NCBI GenBank assembly: GCA_013151855.1
Contig: JAADHM010000114.1
Span: forward strand, 1-14,152
Reading direction: 5' to 3'
Origin: FCB group bacterium
GTDB lineage: Bacteria > Zixibacteria > MSB-5A5 > GN15 > FEB-12
DNA length: 14,152 nt
Shown here: positions 7,342-14,152 of the stretch, piece after piece
Layout: every line of letters begins with the position of its first letter
Position numbering within the stretch: the stretch's first letter is position 1
Notes under the pieces: generated by a model
Told to the model about the DNA's origin: nothing
The model's database searches: none
Seen by the model: only the letters and a program-made list of their open reading frames with translations
Position numbers and translations under genes: made by a program

Positions 7342-8358
7342 TTAAGCTATTTTTTTATCCGAATTTCCAGTATTGTTTCGGCTTATGGCATGCAATTGAT
7401 TCCAATAATCATTAAATATATTTTTAATATCATTTATGGATTTTACTTGAAATAATAAGGTGCGCAGTTCTGCCGCTCCTTTAAAACCCTTGACATACCA
7501 TCCCAAATAACGACGCATCATAACAGCACCTTTAGCTTCACCATACTGTTCCACCATAAGTTCGGCATGTAACTGTGCCATATCAATTTTCTCTTTGACG
7601 GAAGATGTTTCAAGCAATTCGCCGGTTTTTAAGTAATGTTTTATCTGTCTAAAAATAAAAGGATTACCCAAAGCAGCGCGACCAACCATGACCGCATCAC
7701 AAGCGGTTTCGTCAAACATCCGTTTAGCGTCTTGAGGAGAGAATATATCCCCATTACCAATAATAGGAATTTCAACGGCTCTTTTCAATTCTTCAATAGC
7801 CGACCAATCAGCCTTACCGGAAAAACCTTTGGAACGACTGCGAGCATGTAAAGTTATAGCCTTGATACCGCAATTTTGAGCAATTTCACCAACTTTTAAA
7901 TAAACAGGATTACTATCCTCCCAGCCGGTTCTTATTTTGATGGTAACCGGAATTTGTCCGGCACCTTCCACGGTAGCCTTGATAATTTCTTCCGTAAGAA
8001 GAATATCTTTTAAAACGGCGGCACCACCATTTTTATTGACTACTTTTCTGACGGGACAGCCGAAATTTATATCGATAATATCAGGATGAAATTCTTCAGA
8101 AATTATTTGTGCCGCTTGTTTCATAACCTCAGGATTAGCTCCAAATAGCTGGATACCAATAGGTTGTTCGTCCGGCTGGAATTTCATCATATCCCAAGTC
8201 CTTTGCTGATGGCGGATGATACCTTCCGAAGAAACCATTCCCGTATAGGTAATTGATGCTCCGGCTCTTATAGCCAGCACCCGAAAAGGGCGATTGGATA
8301 CTCCCGCCAAAGGAGCTAACAAAACCCCTTTAGTTATGTTTAAGTTTCCAATTTTCAT
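7342..8358 (-). CDS. dus: tRNA-dihydrouridine synthase, Dus family (DusB-like).
   Basis: 338-aa ORF. It shows the APLAGVSNRPFR motif, the catalytic region INFGCPVRKVVNKNGGAAVL and the typical TIM-barrel Dus layout with a C-terminal helical domain. It is AT-rich and divergent from the FHA operon. Confidence 0.88.
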   Translation of the reverse strand: MKIGNLNITKGVLLAPLAGVSNRPFRVLAIRAGASITYTGMVSSEGIIRHQQRTWDMMKFQPDEQPIGIQLFGANPEVMKQAAQIISEEFHPDIIDINFGCPVRKVVNKNGGAAVLKDILLTEEIIKATVEGAGQIPVTIKIRTGWEDSNPVYLKVGEIAQNCGIKAITLHARSRSKGFSGKADWSAIEELKRAVEIPIIGNGDIFSPQDAKRMFDETACDAVMVGRAALGNPFIFRQIKHYLKTGELLETSSVKEKIDMAQLHAELMVEQYGEAKGAVMMRRYLGWYVKGFKGAAELRTLLFQVKSINDIKNIFNDYWNQLHAISRNNTGNSDKKIA

Positions 8359-8453
8359 GCCGATAATATAACTAAGTTATTACGGGACAACAAGAGTATA
8401 CTATGTAATTTAATTATATATAAGGTATTAAATTAAATTGAAAGGATATCTTT

Positions 8454-9152
8454 ATGCCAGAGATAATTGTAAAATATGATAATAAAGTAATTGAGCGCAT
8501 CGTCACCGAAAAGAAAAGAGTATCTATTGGCCGCACTAGAGATAATGACATAGTTTTGGAAAATCGCGGTGTCTCGCGTAAACATGCTTTAATTGAATTT
8601 AACAACAACGCCGCTGTCATTATTGATAATGAATCTCTTAATGGCACTTTTCTAAATAACAGGAAAATAAACGAAGAAATCCTCAGAGATGATGATGTTA
8701 TTACCATTGGAAAATACTCTTTGGTTTATCATACGGAGTCAACCGATGATAATAATGACAGTGCTCATTTCGATGGAACCATGATTTTGAAAACCAAAAA
8801 ACAAAGACAACTTCTGGAAAATGATAAAATTGAAAAACAAATTATATCCAAATATGGCGGCTCGGTGTTGTTGGGAGAAGAGAACACAGATTTTACGGAA
8901 TATAAAATCGATCGGGACGTCATTACCATCGGTAAAGCAAAATTCGTCCATGTTAAAGCCAAAGGTTTTTGGATTTCAGGTATCCAAGCTAAAATTTCAA
9001 AAGAAAATAATTTTTTCGTTCTGACCAACTTAGGGAAAAAAGGCAAAACTTTAGTCAACGGTGAACCGATAAGTAAATATAATCTTAAAAACGGCGACTT
9101 GATTACCGTTGGAAAATCAACTTATAAATTCGTCGAGGGTGACAACAAATGA
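8454..9152 (+). CDS. Tandem FHA-domain protein, a phosphothreonine-binding adaptor with two FHA domains. FHA1 spans about residues 20-95 (IGRTRDNDIVLENRGVSRKHALI...NGTFLN...ITIG). FHA2 spans about residues 150-225 (ITIGKAKFVHV...NLGKKGKTLVNGEPI...GDLITVG).
   Basis: 232-aa ORF. The RBS AAAGGA (8441-8446) is 7 nt before the ATG. Both halves show the FHA signature Gly-Arg ... Ser-Arg/Lys-x-His ... Asn-Gly. The stop overlaps the next start as ATGA. Confidence 0.82.
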   Translation: MPEIIVKYDNKVIERIVTEKKRVSIGRTRDNDIVLENRGVSRKHALIEFNNNAAVIIDNESLNGTFLNNRKINEEILRDDDVITIGKYSLVYHTESTDDNNDSAHFDGTMILKTKKQRQLLENDKIEKQIISKYGGSVLLGEENTDFTEYKIDRDVITIGKAKFVHVKAKGFWISGIQAKISKENNFFVLTNLGKKGKTLVNGEPISKYNLKNGDLITVGKSTYKFVEGDNK

Positions 9153-9877
9153 AATTAGCATTAATATCGGACATCCATGGCAATTTGGAAGCTTTGACAG
9201 CCGTTTTAGAAGATATAGAGAACCAAAAAGTTGATAAAATTTATTGTTTAGGTGATGTTATAGGTTATGGAAGCGATCCTTGTGCATGTCTGAAATTAGT
9301 CGAGCAAAATTGTGATATTAAACTTATGGGCAATCACGAATATGTCGCTTTAGGTTTAATTTCCACCGAAAATTACAACGAAGCCGCCAAAATATCATCC
9401 GACTGGACTAAAAATCAGTTAACGGAAAATGACTTTTCCATAATTTCCAATTTTGAAATGAAACATTCTTGGCAAGATTTTCTTTGGGTTCATGCTTCTC
9501 CTTTTGAACCGGAACAATGGCATTACATAATTGCCCCCGATATGGCTTTTCAAGCCTTTTCTTATTTTGACGAAAAGATATGTTTCTTTGGTCATTCACA
9601 TCTACCTCAGATATACATGGAACAGGAAGATAACTTCCCCCGTATGCAAGGGGGGCATGATTTTTTACCCGCTCAAGAAAACCGATACTTGATAAACGTT
9701 GGCTCTGTCGGTCAGCCACGCGATAACGACCCGCGCGCTTGTTATCTTATTTTCGACACTGAGGAAGATGAAGTTATTTATCGACGCATAGCTTATGATA
9801 TAAACTTAACCCAAAAAAAGATGAGTGAACAACATATCCCGGAGATGTTGATTGACCGCCTTGAAGTTGGTAGATAG
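9149..9877 (+). CDS. PPP-like (PrpA/ApaH/lambda-phosphatase-like) metallophosphoesterase, a candidate Ser/Thr protein phosphatase. The motif order is SDIHGN, GDVIGYG (a variant of GDxxDRG), GNHE, WVHAS and FFGHSH.
   Basis: 242-aa ORF. The motifs and their spacing match the calcineurin-like/PPP layout. A strong SD GAGGGTGA (9135-9142) precedes the start. It is translationally coupled to the FHA gene and sits 3-12 nt upstream of the kinase gene. Confidence 0.75.
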   Translation: MKLALISDIHGNLEALTAVLEDIENQKVDKIYCLGDVIGYGSDPCACLKLVEQNCDIKLMGNHEYVALGLISTENYNEAAKISSDWTKNQLTENDFSIISNFEMKHSWQDFLWVHASPFEPEQWHYIIAPDMAFQAFSYFDEKICFFGHSHLPQIYMEQEDNFPRMQGGHDFLPAQENRYLINVGSVGQPRDNDPRACYLIFDTEEDEVIYRRIAYDINLTQKKMSEQHIPEMLIDRLEVGR

Positions 9878-9880
9878 AGT

Positions 9881-12373
9881 GTGGTTAAAATGAACAAATA
9901 TTCTTCGTATATTTTATTTTTATTGATAACTTTGTTTGTTGTTATTCTTTCTTTAAATCATTTTGGACCTTTGGATAAGCTCCAACTTTCTATCAATGAT
10001 TTTCTCTGTCGTATAACTGCCTCCGCCAATACTCAACCAAATATTGCCATCGTATCTATCGATGGTAAAGCACAAGATGAATTCGGCAACTGGCCCTGGA
10101 ATTATGATCGTGTTGCTGACCTTTTAGCTGCGGTAGCCACCGGAAAACCGAAAGCCATCGTATTGAATTTCTTCCTCAATGAGAACTTACATCAGGATTC
10201 TGCCGGTTATACCGATATTTTAGCCGGACAATTAAGCTGGATAAATAATTTGGTAGTCCCTTATGATATTGCTCTGTCAACTTTTAGAAACAACAGAACC
10301 AACAACCCCAAACATCTTTTCAATTATTCCTTGACTGTCGATAACCCCCTGGGATTGATGAATGAAAAATCCAGCCTACAAGTAAGAAAGGTATTTTTAC
10401 CGGCACAAAAAATACTCGAAAATGACCCCGGTCTCGGTTTCGATTACACCATGCCCGACGAAGACCGGGTGGTACGATACCAATCTTTGGTAATGAATTA
10501 CGAAGGTTATTATTATCCGTCCTTATCGTTGTTAGGTGCGGCCATTTATTTAAATGTCTCTCCCGATCAAATAAAAATCTTTGAGAATAAAGAGATTAAA
10601 CTCGGTCAAAAAAGAACCATACCTATTAATAATAAATCGGAATGCTTCATTAACTATCCCAAGGATAACACTTTTATAAAATATTCCGCTGCCGATGTTT
10701 TGAATAATGGTTTTAATTTCAACAAACTAAAAAACAAATTGGTCGTCGTTAATGTTGATGATTTTTCCATTAATCAATTTTTCAAAACGCCGGTAAACAA
10801 ACAGGTATCGGAATCTTTTATTAAAGCATCGGTAATGGATAATATTATCAACAATAATATGCTCACTATTAAAAACGACCAGATTCTTTTAAATCTCATT
10901 ATTTTATTTATACTGGGAGGGATTTGTGCTTTTATAATGCCCCAAGTCTCGTTACTTTACCGCCTCCTTATTCTTGGAAGTGCTTTTATCATTTTGCTAA
11001 ACATTAATTATTTCCTGTTAAGTTCTTTTAAAATCATTCCCGAAACCATTTATTTCGGGTTGGAATTGATTCTCTTTATGGTTGCCTCCCCGTTGTTGGA
11101 TTCTCAACTTCTAACCGGCAAAGTTAAAAAACCAAAAATAGTTAACACCACTAAAGCGCCCTTTAAAAAAGGCAAAAAAGAATCGGCAACTTCTCAAGAG
11201 TTTGTTCCCGTTAGAGAAATTAAAGAATCACCCAACGACCCCGAGAATCAAGAAACAACCATCTTATCCGATCAAGAAAGAAATTGTCCCCAAGATCACC
11301 ACACCATAAATTTGAATGATAACAATCCAAAATTCGCTGAAAAAACAGAAATGGTAGATTCATCAAAAGTTGTTGAAGAAACAAAAACTACCCATGAACA
11401 AACTCCCAAGAGTGTTAAAAAACCTGAAATAATCTCTCCCGACAGTGATAGTCCCGATAAAACCACCCTTAGTTCTCCGGAAACCGAGCAAAGGGCACAG
11501 GACAATAATGCTGAAATAATATTATCTCAAACAACCGGTAATAAGATTACCCATCTCGGTCGCTATCAGATAACGGGTATCTTGGGCAAAGGAGCGATGG
11601 GGCAAGTTTACAAAGGGGTTGACCCAGCCATTAATCGTCCCGTTGCTCTGAAAACGATTCGGCTGGATTTTGTTAGCAATCCCGAAGAAATGGCAGAACT
11701 AAAAGAACGACTTTTCCGCGAAGCTCAAGCTGCCGGTAAGCTCTCCCATCCCAATATCGTCACCATTTACGATGTCGGCTCGGAAGGAAACCTTCAATAC
11801 ATAGCTATGGAATACTTGGAAGGTCAGACTTTGGAGCAAATGACAAAGAAAAAAGTTAAATTCAATTACAGTATCATTTCCAAAATAATTATCCAAATCT
11901 GTAATGCTTTGGAATATGCTCATGAAAAAGGTATCGTCCACCGCGATATAAAACCGGCCAATATCATGGTCCTAAAAGATTACACCGCCAAAGTCATGGA
12001 TTATGGTATCGCCCGTATAGACTCCAACTCCATGACCAAAACCGGTATTGCCATGGGCACTCCCAATTACATTTCACCGGAACAGTTACAAGGGAAAAAA
12101 GTTGACCATAGGGCCGATATCTTTTCTTTAGGTGTCGTTATCTATGAGATGCTGCTCGGACGTCGACCGTTTAAAGGAGAAAACATAACTTCATTGATAT
12201 ATGCGATTTTAAATCACGAACCGGATAAACCGTCTAATGTAAACCCCCAAATTCCTTTGCTTTTTGATCATATTATCGACAAAGCACTCAAGAAAAATCC
12301 GGATGAACGTTATCAGAATGCTCGTGACCTCGCTGCTGATTTACACGATTTCGTTGAATCTTTCGCCAGTTGA
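9881..12373 (+). CDS. Membrane sensor Ser/Thr protein kinase. It has an N-terminal TM helix, a periplasmic CHASE2 sensor domain (NIAIVSIDGKAQDEFGNWPW..AIVLNFFLNE..), three TM helices, and a disordered K/E/T/S/P-rich linker of roughly 150 aa. The C-terminal Hanks kinase carries GKGAMGQVYKG, VALKTIRL, HRDIKPANIM, DYG and a PknB-like activation loop SMTKTGIAMGTPNYISPE.
   Basis: 830-aa ORF. The first codon is GTG 9881 (ATG 9890 is the alternative start). The CHASE2 hallmark block, the topology and all the catalytic kinase motifs can be read directly. A terminator follows the stop. Confidence 0.85.
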   Translation: MVKMNKYSSYILFLLITLFVVILSLNHFGPLDKLQLSINDFLCRITASANTQPNIAIVSIDGKAQDEFGNWPWNYDRVADLLAAVATGKPKAIVLNFFLNENLHQDSAGYTDILAGQLSWINNLVVPYDIALSTFRNNRTNNPKHLFNYSLTVDNPLGLMNEKSSLQVRKVFLPAQKILENDPGLGFDYTMPDEDRVVRYQSLVMNYEGYYYPSLSLLGAAIYLNVSPDQIKIFENKEIKLGQKRTIPINNKSECFINYPKDNTFIKYSAADVLNNGFNFNKLKNKLVVVNVDDFSINQFFKTPVNKQVSESFIKASVMDNIINNNMLTIKNDQILLNLIILFILGGICAFIMPQVSLLYRLLILGSAFIILLNINYFLLSSFKIIPETIYFGLELILFMVASPLLDSQLLTGKVKKPKIVNTTKAPFKKGKKESATSQEFVPVREIKESPNDPENQETTILSDQERNCPQDHHTINLNDNNPKFAEKTEMVDSSKVVEETKTTHEQTPKSVKKPEIISPDSDSPDKTTLSSPETEQRAQDNNAEIILSQTTGNKITHLGRYQITGILGKGAMGQVYKGVDPAINRPVALKTIRLDFVSNPEEMAELKERLFREAQAAGKLSHPNIVTIYDVGSEGNLQYIAMEYLEGQTLEQMTKKKVKFNYSIISKIIIQICNALEYAHEKGIVHRDIKPANIMVLKDYTAKVMDYGIARIDSNSMTKTGIAMGTPNYISPEQLQGKKVDHRADIFSLGVVIYEMLLGRRPFKGENITSLIYAILNHEPDKPSNVNPQIPLLFDHIIDKALKKNPDERYQNARDLAADLHDFVESFAS

Positions 12374-12387
12374 TTTGAGTTTACAAA

Positions 12388-12423
12388 AAAAATGCCTGAC
12401 TATTAAGGTCAGGCATTTTATTA
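12388..12423. terminator. Bidirectional rho-independent terminator. An A8 tract is followed by the stem aatgcctgac (12391-12400), a loop tattaag, the stem gtcaggcatt (12408-12417), then TTTATTA.
   Basis: A perfect 10-bp stem with a 7-nt loop, flanked by an A-tract and a T-tract. It lies between the convergent kinase stop (12373) and the stop of the 156-aa hypothetical (12440). Confidence 0.75.
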
Positions 12424-12439
12424 TCTATCAGTGGAATAA

Positions 12440-12910
12440 TCAATGATTTTTTTTGTCTTGAGAGAGAATTTCTTCAGCTAACGAAAGAGCCACCCCCGAA
12501 AGCATCACCTCCACCCCGAGCTTGGTAAAATCCGATGAAATCAATTCCCGATTCAAAGCGGCATACAAGGAACAAGAAGCACCCCTTTCCACCACCAGTC
12601 CGGAGAGACGATTGCCCTCTTCGGAGACAAAAGTGACTTCACCCAACTCTTCCGAAACGACATAACCGGTACAGTTATGAAGCTGAAGATGAGAATTACC
12701 GGTATAAACCACCACCAGCATTCCTCGAGATTTACCCAATTCTGTTTCGGGAAATATCTCCAGAGCTAAAGTTCTTTTTTCCTCTTGATTAACTACTCTC
12801 AAGCGGAAGCGGTCTTTTTCTTGCAAAATTTTTTCCGCACCTAAAATGTCAGCAATTTTCTCCGCTTCTATTTTAGTAAATTTTGTTTTATTGCTAAAGT
12901 TTTTACTCAT
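12440..12910 (-). CDS. Hypothetical cytoplasmic protein of 156 aa. No recognisable motif; it is the last gene of the purQ-tatA transcript.
   Basis: ORF-track ORF with the ATG at 12908-12910, 18 nt downstream of the tatA stop. Codon usage matches its neighbours. No TM helix, signal peptide or known signature was found. Confidence 0.5.
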   Translation of the reverse strand: MSKNFSNKTKFTKIEAEKIADILGAEKILQEKDRFRLRVVNQEEKRTLALEIFPETELGKSRGMLVVVYTGNSHLQLHNCTGYVVSEELGEVTFVSEEGNRLSGLVVERGASCSLYAALNRELISSDFTKLGVEVMLSGVALSLAEEILSQDKKNH

Positions 12911-12928
12911 TCTTTTGCGGTTTATAAA

Positions 12929-13135
12929 TCAGGATTTTTTCTTATCTTTTTCGTTATCTTTGGGTTTCTCATCAAGAGAGCCTTTTATCTCATCGGTCGT
13001 ATCTTTCATCGCTTTCCGAAATTCTTTTATCCCTTTCCCCAACCCCTGAGCGATATCGGGAAGCCTTTTAGCGCCAAATAAAAGTAAGATAGCTAAAAAA
13101 ATTAAAATCCATTCTCCGGGACCTAAGCCAAACAT
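12929..13135 (-). CDS. tatA: Twin-arginine translocase subunit TatA/E (MFGLGPGEWILIFLAILLLFGAKRLPDIAQGLGKGIKEFRKA..).
   Basis: Classic TatA N-terminal TM helix plus amphipathic helix. I place the start at ATG 13133-13135 rather than the ORF-track GTG at 13144. A perfect SD AGGAGGTG (reverse complement of plus 13142-13149) lies 6 nt upstream of that ATG. Confidence 0.85.
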   Translation of the reverse strand: MFGLGPGEWILIFLAILLLFGAKRLPDIAQGLGKGIKEFRKAMKDTTDEIKGSLDEKPKDNEKDKKKS

Positions 13136-13165
13136 AATAAACACCTCCTGGTGTAATAATCTAAA

Positions 13166-13432
13166 TTATAAATACCACCATCTAAAGTAAATAATAACTA
13201 AAAGCACCATAAGCATCGACATAAAATTAATTTTTAATTTTAATCCGAAAGTAAAAGAAATAGCATAAAAATCCACTTTGGCCGGTTCAAACCCAATTAT
13301 TATTGATTTGGTAAACACCGTTTTGGCCGCTCCGGCCGGTAAAAAAGTGCCGACAATATCTCCCACCAAACCACCGATAATCGCTCCCAGTAAAAGGGCA
13401 ATGATGATAAATGTTAATTCTCGTCTTTTCAC
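13166..13432 (-). CDS. Small membrane protein of 88 aa with two or three predicted TM segments (LTFIIIALLLGAIIGGLVGDIVG ... MSMLMVLLVIIYF). Possibly a member of the DUF4321-like family.
   Basis: GTG start at 13430-13432, 2 nt after the purQ stop, with an AGGT SD-like element inside the purQ 3' end. The protein is hydrophobic. The DUF4321 assignment is from memory only. Confidence 0.5.
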   Translation of the reverse strand: MKRRELTFIIIALLLGAIIGGLVGDIVGTFLPAGAAKTVFTKSIIIGFEPAKVDFYAISFTFGLKLKINFMSMLMVLLVIIYFRWWYL

Positions 13433-13434
13433 AA

Positions 13435-14142
13435 TTACCTGCTTAAAGTTGATGATAACATAGTTTTTCTCAAGGATTCAAAAACCTTCAAACCATCAAC
13501 GGAACCCAAAATATCTTCCACTGCTCGTTCCGGATGAGGCATCATCCCCAAAACATTTCCTTCCCGATTGATTATGCCGGCAATATTATTGACAGAACCG
13601 TTGGGATTGGCATCGGGAGTAATATTTCCTTGTTCATCACAGTAGCGGAAAACTACCTGTCCGTTATCTTCTAATTTTTTTATTTCACTATCAAAATGAT
13701 AATAATTCCCTTCCCCGTGAGCAATGGGAATTTTTAACACTTCCCTTTGCCGACAAGCATTGGTAAAATTAGTTTGGCTATTCTCCACTTTCAGATAAAC
13801 ATATTTACAGCTAAACCGAAGATGACTGTTACGCATCAATGCTCCCGGCAAAAGACCGCATTCGGTCAATATTTGAAAACCGTTACAAATACCAATCACC
13901 AAACCACCGCTATGAGCGAATTTTATAACCTGTTCCATAATGGGTGAAAATTTGCTGATAGCACCGGCGCGCAGATAATCTCCGTAAGAAAAACCTCCCG
14001 GAAGAAGGACAATATCAGAACCCATTAAATCTTCCGATTTATGCCACAAAAAGTTCCCCTCTTCCTCAATAATATGCTTCACTGCCGCATAGGCGTCATA
14101 ATCACAATTGGAGCCGGGGAATGTTACAATGCCATATTTCAA
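13435..14142 (-). CDS. purQ: Phosphoribosylformylglycinamidine synthase, glutamine amidotransferase subunit PurQ ([16 protein letters not shown] ... GICNGFQIL ... HGEGNYY ... MPHPER).
   Basis: 235-aa ORF with a TTG start at 14140-14142. The class-I GATase catalytic Cys (GICNGFQ) and the His/Glu (MPHPER) signatures are present, with a typical PurQ N-terminus. Confidence 0.9.
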   Translation of the reverse strand: MKYGIVTFPGSNCDYDAYAAVKHIIEEEGNFLWHKSEDLMGSDIVLLPGGFSYGDYLRAGAISKFSPIMEQVIKFAHSGGLVIGICNGFQILTECGLLPGALMRNSHLRFSCKYVYLKVENSQTNFTNACRQREVLKIPIAHGEGNYYHFDSEIKKLEDNGQVVFRYCDEQGNITPDANPNGSVNNIAGIINREGNVLGMMPHPERAVEDILGSVDGLKVFESLRKTMLSSTLSR

Positions 14143-14152
14143 TCTATTTTCT

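Noticed and set aside
6608-7851. Plus-strand small ORFs antisense to etfA and dus (6608-6844, 7215-7415, 7636-7851).
   Set aside because: They are antisense to two highly conserved genes. The ORF at 7215-7415 merely spans the intergenic promoter region.
8414-9058. Four short ORFs of 67-97 aa overlapping the FHA gene on both strands.
   Set aside because: They lie inside a gene with two clear FHA signatures. They are low-complexity hydrophobic peptides typical of AT-rich antisense frames.
9408-9719. Minus-strand ORFs antisense to the phosphatase and kinase genes (9408-9719, 11296-11505, 11699-11941) and the plus-strand ORF 12264-12446 that crosses the terminator.
   Set aside because: They are antisense to strongly supported genes or span a terminator hairpin, and they have no RBS.
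12846-13463. Plus-strand ORFs of 67 and 61 aa antisense to tatA, the hypothetical and the small membrane protein. The 66-aa ORF 13747-13947 inside purQ is the same kind of artefact.
   Set aside because: They are antisense to conserved genes (TatA and PurQ are unambiguous).
1-14152. Whether the window is a mobile or defence island (integrase, transposase, CRISPR, toxin-antitoxin, restriction-modification).
   Set aside because: I found no recombinase, IS ends, repeat-spacer arrays or tRNA attachment sites. Housekeeping genes (purQ, tatA, dus, etfA) are interleaved throughout, which fits core chromosome with accessory signalling and surface genes.

Overview
This is a 14.15-kb window of AT-rich bacterial chromosome, about 40% GC by eye. 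The organism clearly uses Shine-Dalgarno sites (AGGAGGTG before tatA, GAGGGTGA before the phosphatase gene). I could support 13 protein-coding genes on both strands. I found no rRNA, tRNA, CRISPR, transposase or integrase. Gene order, left to right: (i) a partial secreted BNR/Asp-box beta-propeller protein (-). (ii) A two-gene cassette (-) with a YdjI-like SPFH/Band-7 protein carrying three C-terminal zinc ribbons, followed by a 474-aa protein of unknown family that has two zinc ribbons and may be an internal duplication. (iii) A monocistronic lipoprotein (+) with a six-haem c-type cytochrome module fused to three PKD domains, with its own near-consensus sigma70 promoter and a bidirectional terminator. 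(iv) dus then an orphan etfA (-). (v) A tightly coupled Ser/Thr phospho-signalling operon (+): tandem-FHA protein, a PPP-like metallophosphatase (replacing the usual PP2C), and a CHASE2-sensor Hanks kinase. (vi) purQ, a small membrane protein, tatA and a 156-aa hypothetical (-). The strongest candidates for a poorly described system are the SPFH/zinc-ribbon pair and the FHA/PPP-phosphatase/CHASE2-kinase module. Every functional call is from motif recognition by eye; no database search was possible.
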